Below, piece by piece: positions 10,353-20,284 of a stretch of 64,000 nucleotides of DNA. The notes under the pieces are model-generated. The model searched no databases and had not been told where the DNA came from. It was given only the letters and a program-made list of their open reading frames with translations. Origin of the DNA: Bacteroidales bacterium (lineage in GTDB: Bacteria; Bacteroidota; Bacteroidia; Bacteroidales; CAIWKO01); assembly GCA_035389045.1 (NCBI GenBank), contig DAOORA010000013.1, positions 1 to 64,000 on the forward strand. The letters run 5' to 3'. Each line of letters starts with the position of its first letter. The stretch's first letter is position 1. Made by a program: the position numbers and the translations under genes.

Positions 10353-10859
10353 CTATGGTGAAGGAGGTCCGTAGGTTGTTTTTTTGAGGGTTCTGGTGAC
10401 TTCATTTCCCCAGGAGATTTTCACGGTATAAAAATCATCAAAATCAGCATAGGGAAGATGCTGTGGTGCTTTCATAAGGCTGTCGATGATCACCGGAATA
10501 GTATTGCTGTGTGCGACGACAAATATATTGGTGGATATCCGGTAGGTTTGCAGCGAATCGATCAGCGATTGTGTGCCCGGGTATATTATGGGTGTCAGAT
10601 GCAGGGTGTCTGCGGTTGGCCGGGCGGTAAGCTGTGTTCTGCGCGCCGTGGAAACATATATATGCCTGATGTTTTTTTTCAGCATAGTATCACGGAGGGC
10701 GTAAGATCGTGTCACTCCTTTGCCGGTCAGCGAAGAAGTGTCCGTTTCATTCTTTTTTTCTGCATGCCTGACGAGGTAAATAGTAGTCGTCTGGCACGAC
10801 ATGATTAACAATCCTGCTGCAATGAGCAGGGCAAATACACTTAATTTTAATATTTTCAT
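10353..10859 (-). CDS. Histidine phosphatase (phosphoglycerate mutase/SixA-like) family lipoprotein
   Basis: 'IYLVRHAEK', 'RTQLTA' and 'VVAHSNT'; lipobox IMSC. Confidence 0.85.
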   Translation of the reverse strand: MKILKLSVFALLIAAGLLIMSCQTTTIYLVRHAEKKNETDTSSLTGKGVTRSYALRDTMLKKNIRHIYVSTARRTQLTARPTADTLHLTPIIYPGTQSLIDSLQTYRISTNIFVVAHSNTIPVIIDSLMKAPQHLPYADFDDFYTVKISWGNEVTRTLKKTTYGPPSP

Positions 10860-11031
10860 ATCACACAATTATGCTGTTAATGGAAGTGTTGTCAACTAAA
10901 GATGTTATACAAATCTATGAAATATTGAAAGCAAAGTCAAGAAATTTCAGGGATTACTATGATCTTTCAGCCACATTTACAGCGATCTAAAGCAGAAGTT
11001 TACTGATTTTTGTTACGTCAGACCGATTTAT

Positions 11032-12330
11032 TCAGATGATTTCTGCCACCACAAACGTGCTGCCACCTATGAACACAAGGTCATTTGGCCCTGCATTCGC
11101 CTGTGCTGCTTTTAAAGCCTGTGAAACAGAGCCGAAGGTTGTTCCGCGTATGCCTGTTTTATCCGCTTCTTTTTTAAGGATTTCTTCATCCAGCCCGCGG
11201 GGAATTGAGGGTTTGCAAAAATAATACACAGCTTCTTTGGGCAGCAGGCCGAGTATGGCAGGAATGTCTTTATCGCTGACCATTCCGAATACGAAATGCA
11301 GCATGTCATATGGTAATTGTTTTATTTGCTGCAGTACTTGTGTTAATCCGTCTTTATTATGACCGGTGTCGCATATGGTAAGCGGTTTTTCCGATAATAC
11401 CTGCCAGCGCCCCCGTAACCCGGTGTTTTTTATCACATTTTTCAGGCCTTTGCGCAAAGTCCTCTCATCAACTGCATATCCAATCTCTCTTAACTCACTG
11501 CATGCGGCTATTGCGGTCGGTATGTTTTCCTGCTGATATATTCCCCCCAATGCGCAATACATTTCTTTCAGGTATGGTTTATTGAGGAGCATGACATTAC
11601 ATTTACTGCCATAGGGAGGCTGGTTGATGAAATGGAAATTTTCCGCACGGAGCAAGGCATCAGCAAGTACAATTCTGCAGTTGTTTTTATGGGCTGTTGT
11701 TAGGAATATATCTTGTGTTTCCGCTTGTGTTTTTCCTATGATTACCGGAATTCCTGGCTTGATGATCCCGGCTTTCTCAGCTGCGATTTTTTGCAGGGTA
11801 TCACCAAGAAACTGAGTATGGTCTAAACCGATATTGGTAATTATGGTCAGCACGGAACGGATAATATTGGTTGAGTCAAGCCGGCCTCCCATGCCGGTTT
11901 CCACCACGGCGATATCCACATTTTCTTCGGAGAAATGTTCCATGGCAAGGGCAAAAGTGATCTCGAAAAATGACGGATTTATGGCTTGAAAATGTTTTTT
12001 ATTGTTCTCAACAAACGCCACCACTTTTCTTTTGGGGATCATTTTCCCGTTAATGCGTATGCGTTCACGGAAATCTTTAAGATGCGGTGACGTGTAAAGA
12101 CCGGTTTTAAATCCCTGTTCCTGTAAAACAGATGCAATCATATGCGAAACAGAACCTTTGCCGTTGGTACCGGCAATATGCACGGAGGGGAAATTCAATT
12201 CCGGTTTTCCGCACAGGTTGCTCAGCGCTATGGTATTATCAAGCCCTGCCTTGTATGCTGCTGCACCGGTACGATGAAACATAGGCAGGCAATTGAACAT
12301 GTACGCAAGGGTTTTGTTATATGGAGTCAT
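11032..12330 (-). CDS. folC: Folylpolyglutamate synthase/dihydrofolate synthase
   Basis: HIAGTNGKGS, YTSPHL, ETGMGGRLDSTN and GRWQ motifs. Confidence 0.96.
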   Translation of the reverse strand: MTPYNKTLAYMFNCLPMFHRTGAAAYKAGLDNTIALSNLCGKPELNFPSVHIAGTNGKGSVSHMIASVLQEQGFKTGLYTSPHLKDFRERIRINGKMIPKRKVVAFVENNKKHFQAINPSFFEITFALAMEHFSEENVDIAVVETGMGGRLDSTNIIRSVLTIITNIGLDHTQFLGDTLQKIAAEKAGIIKPGIPVIIGKTQAETQDIFLTTAHKNNCRIVLADALLRAENFHFINQPPYGSKCNVMLLNKPYLKEMYCALGGIYQQENIPTAIAACSELREIGYAVDERTLRKGLKNVIKNTGLRGRWQVLSEKPLTICDTGHNKDGLTQVLQQIKQLPYDMLHFVFGMVSDKDIPAILGLLPKEAVYYFCKPSIPRGLDEEILKKEADKTGIRGTTFGSVSQALKAAQANAGPNDLVFIGGSTFVVAEII

Positions 12331-12449
12331 AAAAAATGATAATCACCGCAAAAATACCGCAATAAAATTCACCTTAGCGAATATTTTTATGGTGACCGGT
12401 CAGATTTTCGTAGATACTTATGTGTTGTCCTGCCTTGCAGGGTGGAAAA

Positions 12450-13181
12450 TCAATTAAGATTCACAAAAACGTAAGATATGGTCCCTTTTTGTTCTTCCGG
12501 GGCGTCGGGCTTGGCGTTGAATTTTGAGCGTTTTGCCGCATCTTCGGCCAGTTTCCATAATACCGTGCTTGTAGTGGTGGTACCCCTGCTTCCGGCTTGC
12601 ACTTTGGTGACATTGCCGTTTTTGTCGACCCAGATGGAAACCACCACGGTGCCTTCTTCTTTGGAATTATAATTCGGTTTGGGTAGTGATTTTGATTTCC
12701 GGTTGGTAAGATTGAAAGAAATTCCATCGCCATAAGGGCTGTTGCCATTGTAGTTGTCCGAATTCGGATTGCCGTTTGGGTTACCCTGATTTCCGGGATT
12801 TCCCGTAATTCCCTGGGAGCCGCCATTGGTATTTTTTTTACCGGTATACAGGGCATTTTTATTAACGGGCAGTTCTTCCGGCTGGGTAGTATTTTTGTTA
12901 TTATTATTCTTGTTCAGGGTAGCGCTTTCTTCGGTATTTTGTGTGATATTTTCGTTCACATTGTTTTCGCTGTTGTAATTTGTCGACTGTTCCGAAAAAG
13001 GGTCCACCGGCTCAATATCGCCCATTCCGTCATCGCTGTACCCCAGGTTAACCTCCACGCCTTCTTCTTCCGGCAGGGGAAGAGGGGTGGTGAAACCAAA
13101 AAGTATGAAACAAACCAAAAGAACAGCATGAAACAATATGGTTCCGGTAATTCCCCTGATATCATTTTTTTCCAGTTTCAT
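12450..13181 (-). CDS. tonB: TonB-family energy transducer
   Basis: N-terminal TM helix with His, Asn/Gly-rich linker and TonB_C-like 'EEGTVVVSIWVDKNGNV'; lies downstream of exbBD. Confidence 0.8.
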   Translation of the reverse strand: MKLEKNDIRGITGTILFHAVLLVCFILFGFTTPLPLPEEEGVEVNLGYSDDGMGDIEPVDPFSEQSTNYNSENNVNENITQNTEESATLNKNNNNKNTTQPEELPVNKNALYTGKKNTNGGSQGITGNPGNQGNPNGNPNSDNYNGNSPYGDGISFNLTNRKSKSLPKPNYNSKEEGTVVVSIWVDKNGNVTKVQAGSRGTTTTSTVLWKLAEDAAKRSKFNAKPDAPEEQKGTISYVFVNLN

Positions 13182-13213
13182 GGCTTTTCGTATTTATTCT
13201 TTTATACGGGAAA

Positions 13214-13627
13214 TTATTTTTTTGGTTGTGTTGCGAGTATCACTTTATGTTTGGAGTTGTGTTTGTCATTAATTTGGTTAACCGCATCAATAACATTGAC
13301 CACATATTGTACAGGCACGGATTTGTCAGTTCTGAGCACAACAGTAGCATCGGTCTGTGTAGCAATCTTTGCCTCAATGGAGGGCATGAGCGCCTCTTCC
13401 GGCATGGGTTTATCTTCAAGGAAATATTGATACTGATCGTTGATATAAACGGTGGTGGTTTGTTTGGCTATGGTCTTGCTGCTGCTGTTGGGTAACAGTA
13501 ATTTTATTGCATTGGGGCTTACAAGCGTGGAGGTAAGCATAAAAAATATGAGCAACAGGAATACCAGGTCAGACATAGATGACAAATTGAAATCTGCATT
13601 TACTTTATTGCGCATTTTTATGGCCAT
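13214..13627 (-). CDS. exbD: ExbD/TolR biopolymer transporter
   Basis: 'SMSDLVFLLLIFFMLTS' TM with the conserved Asp; 'LRTDKSVP'. Confidence 0.92.
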   Translation of the reverse strand: MAIKMRNKVNADFNLSSMSDLVFLLLIFFMLTSTLVSPNAIKLLLPNSSSKTIAKQTTTVYINDQYQYFLEDKPMPEEALMPSIEAKIATQTDATVVLRTDKSVPVQYVVNVIDAVNQINDKHNSKHKVILATQPKK

Positions 13628-13638
13628 AGTGCAGCGTT

Positions 13639-14370
13639 TTAGTTTGCTGGTTCGTTAAGAAGATCCATAAATTCGGAAACTTTTAGTTCAAGCATATTCA
13701 CGATTTTCTGAATTCTTGCCACTATGATGTTATAACAGAAATACGCAATAATGCCTACGATCAGGCCTGCTACTGTGGTTATCATAGCTTCGTATATTCC
13801 TCCCGAAAGAGTTGTTATATCGATGTTATTTCCTGCTTTGGACATGTTATAGAATGCCCTGACCATTCCCGTCACTGTTCCGAGGAAACCAAGCATAGGC
13901 GCGCCACCTGCGGCCATGGCAAGCAAAGTTATCCTTTTCTCTAATTTTGCCACCTCTTGTTTCCCGACATTTTCTATAGCTAAATTGATGTCGCCCATAG
14001 GTTTTCCCAGACGTGTCAGGCCTTTATTGATCATTTTTGCAATCGGGGTATCTGTATTTTTTGAGAGAGACAATGCGGCATCGAGTTTCCCCTGATGAAT
14101 GAAATCCCTGATATTATTCATGAAACCAGGGTCTTCCTTTGCCGCTTTTTGTGTGGCCATAAACCTTTCTATAAAAATATAGATGGCAATAACAGATAGC
14201 AAAGCAATGGGTATCATGATTAATCCGCCTTTCAGCGTCAATGCCCAAATTGATAGTGTTTCGGAAGTCGGAGCCGCCACCTGAGGTAACTGCTGAACCT
14301 GCTGCACTACATTGGCTGAAGTATCTGTAATAGCACCTGTCTGTGTAATTTGCAATAATATTCCAAGCAT
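13639..14370 (-). CDS. exbB: MotA/TolQ/ExbB proton channel
   Basis: 'APMLGFLGTVTGMVRAF' and 'GIYEAMITTVAGLIVGI'. Confidence 0.93.
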   Translation of the reverse strand: MLGILLQITQTGAITDTSANVVQQVQQLPQVAAPTSETLSIWALTLKGGLIMIPIALLSVIAIYIFIERFMATQKAAKEDPGFMNNIRDFIHQGKLDAALSLSKNTDTPIAKMINKGLTRLGKPMGDINLAIENVGKQEVAKLEKRITLLAMAAGGAPMLGFLGTVTGMVRAFYNMSKAGNNIDITTLSGGIYEAMITTVAGLIVGIIAYFCYNIIVARIQKIVNMLELKVSEFMDLLNEPAN

Positions 14371-14481
14371 ACGTGATTATGTTTTAACAGGTAAAGGTAG
14401 AGGTATTGGCTATGGTGCTAATGCTTTGGAATGTTTATTTTTTAACATCTGATTGTTAATATAAACGCAGACCGCTGGCAT

Positions 14482-15462
14482 TTATTTTTTACAGTGAACG
14501 ATATTCTTGTACCACCATTCACATTCATAATCCATCACGCTCATTTCTATACGTTCAGCCTCTTTTACAATATCTTTTCCTTTCTTATAATCTCTGATCT
14601 CACGGTCGTAAACATTATTTTCTTTGTATATGATACTGAAAAAATATCGGTATTGAAAGATGTTTTCAAAGTTGCTGATGTCGGCGCTGATGCCTGGCCG
14701 AATAGATTTTTTTGCAAGTATACCCCGGATTTCCGGGTAATAAATCCAGAACAAGGGTTTTGTCCTGCCTGATTTTCTTATGGCCGGACATATGCTAATA
14801 ATGCGGTATTCAGCAAAGTTCAGGGTTTTGTTATACAACAGATCTTCTTTTATCCTGAATACTGATACTGCTGAGTTTTCATACTCTTTAATTGAATCAT
14901 AGGTGAGCGTATTTCGGAATTCTTGATCACCGTAAGCATTTATTTCATTCGATTTTATGCCTTCCAGGATTATTTTATAAAGATGGTTTTCATGGAACAA
15001 CGGCTTATTTACCATGCTGTCAACAGAAATATCCCGATATAATGTTTTGCTCCAGGCCACTTCTTTTTCGGTAAGCGGAAAATATGGGATATAGCCAAAG
15101 GCCGGATCGGCTATGGTATACTTTGGATTTGAATAACGAATGGTTTTACATTTTTCACCTGTACTGTCCCATACCTCAATAATCTTTGAGTCGAAGGAAT
15201 TTTTAAAGGTACGTTCCATCCTTTTAGTTCCCTGTTCATCATAAATCGTCCAGTTTCCTTTACGTTGATTATCAATGAATTGGCCTTCCGCCTTTTTTTG
15301 CCCGTTTTCATGAAAACTATTGTAATTGCCATTTAATAATCCGTTTTTTGTATAGTATTCAATATGAATTATTCCATCAGGATAATAAACCGTATGTTTT
15401 GTTTGTCCTGATACAGAAATGGAGCATAAAATCAGCCAGAAAAGGTACTGATGTCTGAGCAT
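14482..15462 (-). CDS. Fusion of N-terminal MORN-variant repeats to a GldN/PorN domain
   Basis: 'YYPDG...NGLLNG.Y.SFHENGQKKAEGQF..NQRKGNW.IYDEQG' followed by GldN motifs 'EVAWSKTLYRDI', 'RIKEDL.YNK', 'RIISICP', 'LFWIYYPE' and 'IYKENNVYDREI'. Confidence 0.82.
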   Translation of the reverse strand: MLRHQYLFWLILCSISVSGQTKHTVYYPDGIIHIEYYTKNGLLNGNYNSFHENGQKKAEGQFIDNQRKGNWTIYDEQGTKRMERTFKNSFDSKIIEVWDSTGEKCKTIRYSNPKYTIADPAFGYIPYFPLTEKEVAWSKTLYRDISVDSMVNKPLFHENHLYKIILEGIKSNEINAYGDQEFRNTLTYDSIKEYENSAVSVFRIKEDLLYNKTLNFAEYRIISICPAIRKSGRTKPLFWIYYPEIRGILAKKSIRPGISADISNFENIFQYRYFFSIIYKENNVYDREIRDYKKGKDIVKEAERIEMSVMDYECEWWYKNIVHCKK

Positions 15463-15479
15463 GTTGTTAAAAAAGAAAG

Positions 15480-16811
15480 TTATTCTAACCAGGTTCTAAT
15501 ACTTTCAATTATGCCTTGCTGTGTATTATCGTCAAACGATCGGATTCGGGTACCATGGTCGCCTTTCGGACACACAAATTTCTGCATATTTGTTTTTCCT
15601 GTAAAATTCACTGCGGCTGCCGTCCATGGATCATATTCGCCATAGATAAATATCATTCTGGAATCGTTTTTTTCCAGGAAAGATGCACACTGTAGCGATA
15701 TAGTGCTGTCAAAATCTGCTTTGCATCCTTCCGGAAGGAATATTTTTTCGAGGTATCCCTCAGCGGATTTTATCTTCAGATATCTACTGAATGGTTGGAT
15801 ATCATAGCCGTAATAACCCAGTTCGCGTGCCGCCTGGACATAAAATGCAGGATGGGTATTAATACCTTCATTGGCAAAATAATCCGGTGAAATAACGCGT
15901 ACCAGGTAGTTGCATAAATCGGAATTTGAAGCTCCTGAAGAAGGTATCGACGACGGTTCCCATCCCCATTGCCAGAATGAAAATGAAAATTCAAGTACGC
16001 AATAATCGTATATTTCCTGCAGGGGGAGTTTAAAGGTGTATTTTTTTTGATCACAATATTTTTTGAACAACGGAAAAATTTTGTTTCTCCTTTTAAGTAC
16101 TTCGATCTGGAAGTCCTCGACCTTCTTGCGGTCGGTTTCCGAACCGACCTTACTGCTGATGAAAGGTTCATGACGGCCATCTTCTACGGCAAAGCACAAA
16201 GGGCCTACATAGCAGACGGATAAATCAACATCATCGGGATAAAGCGTCCGGTGGATAAGGGCAGTCTCGCCGCCTTTGCTGATACCTGTGTTTATCCATT
16301 TGTTGGGATAAATGCTTTTAAACAGTGTCACAACATGATGGTGGTCGGCTGCCGCACCGGTTGCCGTGAGGTATTCCCAGTTTAACGGTTCAGGCATGGA
16401 ACTCCCAAAATATCGATGCTCGACAAGGATCTGATTGGTATTGAACAGGGCCGCCAGTTCTTCGGTATAATCGGCTCTTTCAGCATAAGAACCTGCATAG
16501 CCCTCTGTTACCAAAACGGTAGGCGCCTCTGAAGAAAAATGGGAAACAAAGACCCGTTGGATGAAATAGCCTGCATTGGTATCACGGGGATCAAGCCATT
16601 GCCTCAGTTTCACCAGGTATTTTTCAGTGAACGGAGGTTTGAATTTCAGCGGATCAACTTCAACAACACCCGGAAGCGCTTTTAAACTTTGGTAAAGAGG
16701 GGTTGATGCGTTCTGTGCTTGCGCAATATAAAACGGGCTGTAACCATAAAATTGACTGGTTATGATCAGACAGAGTATTGAAAAACAGGTAATAATGATT
16801 CTTTTTCGCAT
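15480..16811 (-). CDS. Secreted serine aminopeptidase, S28/S37 (PS-10-like) family
   Basis: 'VLVTEGY', 'VEHRYFG.S', nucleophile GISKGG and 'IYGEYDPW'. Confidence 0.88.
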   Translation of the reverse strand: MRKRIIITCFSILCLIITSQFYGYSPFYIAQAQNASTPLYQSLKALPGVVEVDPLKFKPPFTEKYLVKLRQWLDPRDTNAGYFIQRVFVSHFSSEAPTVLVTEGYAGSYAERADYTEELAALFNTNQILVEHRYFGSSMPEPLNWEYLTATGAAADHHHVVTLFKSIYPNKWINTGISKGGETALIHRTLYPDDVDLSVCYVGPLCFAVEDGRHEPFISSKVGSETDRKKVEDFQIEVLKRRNKIFPLFKKYCDQKKYTFKLPLQEIYDYCVLEFSFSFWQWGWEPSSIPSSGASNSDLCNYLVRVISPDYFANEGINTHPAFYVQAARELGYYGYDIQPFSRYLKIKSAEGYLEKIFLPEGCKADFDSTISLQCASFLEKNDSRMIFIYGEYDPWTAAAVNFTGKTNMQKFVCPKGDHGTRIRSFDDNTQQGIIESIRTWLE

Positions 16812-17142
16812 ATTGTTAGGTTGTTTTGTTAGTAGCGTAAACTTTAGATATATAATACAATCAATCAGGATGTTATGGGATTTTAAATCAAATCAAATTT
16901 TCCGGTTAATATTTTATCAGAGTTTATCTTTTTTGTAACGGTACTTTTGCAACAATACTATTTTTTGCCTCAGGTCAATAGGGGTGGAAGTCTGAAATAC
17001 TTATTTTTAAGAGTTGTTGATATTCAAGTTTGTGTAGTGACAGGATGGTGAATTAATTTAATGGATTGAATTATAGCTTGTAATAAATTTTGATTCAAAA
17101 TTTCTCTGCAGAGTTTTATAAGTTGATTTCATCTCCGGCTGA

Positions 17143-19092
17143 TCAGAGGTCAGTGATTCTTTTCAGGTCGAATTTGGGATTTTTCATGATCGACAGAGGG
17201 ACCTTTTCAATAATGACGTTGCTGGTATCAAGTCCTAACGCACGCACTTCCGTAATTCCTATTTTTTTCAGGTAGGTATATGAATCCATAATAAATTGCT
17301 CAAAGGGTGGAAAGTCGAAGTCGTAATTCTGTATACGGTCGATGATGATAAAACGGAAATCGCCCAGCACATGATGTTTCTGCAGGGATGGGTATCTCGA
17401 TACCATAGTGATTTCATTGTTTCGTATCATTTCATCAACCACCTGCTTGAAAAACAGGTTTATCCTGGGTTGTACACGAAATCCGAGGTTAAAATCAATT
17501 CTTATCAGGGTTTCTGGGATGACGGTGGTTACTTTGTATTCTTTGGTGTTCGGGTCATCTTCAATATTTATATGAACCAGCCAGTACATATCGGCCCGTT
17601 TGGGTTGTTTATTGATGATCGAATAAATAATCTTGGTTTCGACCTCTCCCACATGGGCAGCCCTGGTAATATAAACCAGGTTAGTGGCATATTTGGCAAT
17701 AGTCGCATCTCTTTTAAGATCTTTGAGAAGTTCCGTAAATGGAGCGACACGGGTGAATTCGATGAACCGGTTTTTCAAGGACCTTCCTTTCTGCCAGATA
17801 AACATTATGCTGAACAAAAAGCCCCCCAGCATGATGGTAAACCAGCCGCCGCTGGTGAATTTATGCAGGTTGGCAATCAAAAAACTACCTTCGATAGTGA
17901 GGAAGACCAGCATGAACAGTGCGACAAAAGCAAGGTGAATATTTTCAATTTTATACAGGTAATAGGTCAGCAGTATAGTGGTCATCAGCATAGTGATGGT
18001 GATTGACAATCCGTAAGCCGCCGTCATATTGGTGGACTCCTTGAATAACAGTATAACAAAAAGACAAGCGATACACAGAGCCCAGTTTACGGAACTGATA
18101 TACATCTGACCTTTGATATTGGTCGGATAACTTATTCGTAAGCGCGGCCATAGGTTGAGCGACATGGCCACGGAGATAAGGGTATAGGCGCCGCTTATCA
18201 GCGCCTGGCTGGCAATAATAGCAGCCATGGTTGCAAGGATGATGGAAGGGATGAGAAACCAGCCCGGCATCATTTCAAAAAACGGGTTGGTCTGGGAATT
18301 AACTTTGTCAAGATTTAGGATGAGCCATACCCCCTGACCTAAGTAATTCAGTATGAGCATGCATTTTACAAATATCCAGCTTATTCTGATATTATTTTTA
18401 CCGCAATGGCCCAGGTCAGAATATAGGGCTTCTGCCCCGGTGGTGGCCAGAAAAATTGCTCCCAGCAGCACGAAACCTCCGGGATGTGCAGTCAGAAACC
18501 TGACCGCATAATAAGGATTAAAAGCTTTAAAAATAAATGGAGCTTGAATGATATAGACCAGCCCTATGGTACCAAGCATGGCAAACCATAAAAACATGAT
18601 GGGGCCAAAAGAACTTCCCACCACCTTGGTGCCGAACTTCTGAAGGCTGAAAAGCGCGAGGATGATGAGCATCGCTATGGGCAGGACGGGAATATTGCTT
18701 CCGATCAATAACAATCCTTCAGTAGCCGAAATAACGGTGATAGAAGGTGTGATAACCCCGTCGGCAAGTTCTGTAGAACCTCCGATCATGGCAAACACAA
18801 CGATCCATGGCGCTTTTTTCCTTATCAGGGCAAAGAGTGAGAAAATTCCTCCCTCTCCTCTGTTGTCAGCCCTAAGGGCAATGATAACGTATTTCAGCGT
18901 TGTAAGCAGGGTCAGGGTCCAGATAACACAGGAAATGGCCCCGATAATCAGTTCTGCATCTATTATATCGGCGCTTCCGATAACAGCACGCAGGACATAA
19001 AGAGGTGATGTCCCGATATCACCATAAACTATGCCCAGTGTCATGATTATACTGAGAAACGAAACTTTGGAATGTGCCTGCTTGTTGTCCAT
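17143..19092 (-). CDS. kup: KUP/HAK/KT potassium transporter
   Basis: 'LGIVYGDIGTSPLY', 'DNRGEGG' and 'TGAEALYSDLGH'. Confidence 0.96.
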   Translation of the reverse strand: MDNKQAHSKVSFLSIIMTLGIVYGDIGTSPLYVLRAVIGSADIIDAELIIGAISCVIWTLTLLTTLKYVIIALRADNRGEGGIFSLFALIRKKAPWIVVFAMIGGSTELADGVITPSITVISATEGLLLIGSNIPVLPIAMLIILALFSLQKFGTKVVGSSFGPIMFLWFAMLGTIGLVYIIQAPFIFKAFNPYYAVRFLTAHPGGFVLLGAIFLATTGAEALYSDLGHCGKNNIRISWIFVKCMLILNYLGQGVWLILNLDKVNSQTNPFFEMMPGWFLIPSIILATMAAIIASQALISGAYTLISVAMSLNLWPRLRISYPTNIKGQMYISSVNWALCIACLFVILLFKESTNMTAAYGLSITITMLMTTILLTYYLYKIENIHLAFVALFMLVFLTIEGSFLIANLHKFTSGGWFTIMLGGFLFSIMFIWQKGRSLKNRFIEFTRVAPFTELLKDLKRDATIAKYATNLVYITRAAHVGEVETKIIYSIINKQPKRADMYWLVHINIEDDPNTKEYKVTTVIPETLIRIDFNLGFRVQPRINLFFKQVVDEMIRNNEITMVSRYPSLQKHHVLGDFRFIIIDRIQNYDFDFPPFEQFIMDSYTYLKKIGITEVRALGLDTSNVIIEKVPLSIMKNPKFDLKRITDL

Positions 19093-19214
19093 TTATGAAA
19101 AGAAAGAGCAAATATAAAACAACTTACCCCTTAAAATGAAATACAGGATAATATTTTTTTATTTGTCAATACCGGTATTTGAGATTTTAAATTTTTTCAC
19201 GAAATATTTTCATT

Positions 19215-20279
19215 TCAAGGAAAATACACAGCGCCGCCGCAATTGTTTTTTACAGCACCTGTAACGCTTTTCAGGCAATTATTTTCATGATTCATACGCA
19301 GTATTCCTAAAAATGCAAAAATCAGCGCTTCTTTATAGTCAATAAGTTCTTTTTCAGGTAGTACAATTTCTGCCCGGCATCTTTTCCGTATCAATCCGGT
19401 AAGAAAACTGTTATAAGCGCCTCCGCCGGTTACCAGAACATTTCTTGCCTGAATTTTATTGATATTATCCGAGATTTGTTCAGCAATATGGTGGGTAACC
19501 GTACACATCAGATCCTTTACAGGATAATCACTGTATGATTCCACCAGGGGAAGGAAGTCGCTTTCGAGCCATTCCCGGCCCAGCGATTTGGGTTGGTCCC
19601 GGCGGTAATACTCGAGATGATTCAGCTTATCCAGTAAATAGTTTATCAAACAGCCTTTTTTGGCAATCCGGCCTCCTGCGTCATAATCCTTGTTGATTTT
19701 ACGGGCAAGATGGTTTAGAATGATGTTGGCCGGGCATAGATCAAAAGCGATCCTTTCATTTTTATTTTTATACGACAGGTTGGCAAAACCGCCAATGTTC
19801 AGACAAATGTCAAAGTTGCTGAACAACAGTTCATCGCCGATAGGAACAAGGGGTGCTCCCTGTCCGCCGTATGCGACATCGGTGGCCCTGAAATCACAAA
19901 CAGTCGTCAATCCTGAACGGACTGCAATAGCAGCGCCACTGCCAATCTGAACGGTTAGCATTTTATCAGGCCGGTGAAATACAGTATGTCCGTGGCTGCA
20001 AACAAAATCCGGTCTGAAATTATGCTGAGTGACAAAGTTCTTTACAATTTTTCCGATGTAGTTTCCGTACTCTGTATGTAAAAATGAAAAATCCAGTGCC
20101 GTAAGCCCGGAGGCAGCTGAAAGTTTTTGTTTCCATAGTTCCGGGTATTTTAAGGTAACAGCTTTAATGATCTGGTACTGCCATTTTTTTTGGGTACGTT
20201 CAAAATGACAAAATGCAACATCGAGGCCATCCAGAGAGGTCCCCGACATAATGCCAATAACATTATATATTTGCGACAT
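19215..20279 (-). CDS. anmK: Anhydro-N-acetylmuramic acid kinase
   Basis: 'GIMSGTSLDGLD', 'SHGHT', 'GGQGAPLVP' and 'NIGGFAN'. Confidence 0.95.
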   Translation of the reverse strand: MSQIYNVIGIMSGTSLDGLDVAFCHFERTQKKWQYQIIKAVTLKYPELWKQKLSAASGLTALDFSFLHTEYGNYIGKIVKNFVTQHNFRPDFVCSHGHTVFHRPDKMLTVQIGSGAAIAVRSGLTTVCDFRATDVAYGGQGAPLVPIGDELLFSNFDICLNIGGFANLSYKNKNERIAFDLCPANIILNHLARKINKDYDAGGRIAKKGCLINYLLDKLNHLEYYRRDQPKSLGREWLESDFLPLVESYSDYPVKDLMCTVTHHIAEQISDNINKIQARNVLVTGGGAYNSFLTGLIRKRCRAEIVLPEKELIDYKEALIFAFLGILRMNHENNCLKSVTGAVKNNCGGAVYFP

Positions 20280-20284
20280 AAGTA

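Noticed and set aside
2076..11031. Integron-like cassette array
   Set aside because: No intI gene, and no recurring attC-like or shared repeat visible in the gaps.
12740..12910. Asn/Gly low-complexity repeats in the TonB-like gene
   Set aside because: An ordinary flexible periplasmic linker, not a separate repeat element.
17296..18006. Long antisense or alternate-frame ORFs (e.g. 17296-18006, 7026-7481, 12939-13430, 39277-39741)
   Set aside because: Shadows of well-supported genes, with no protein motifs.
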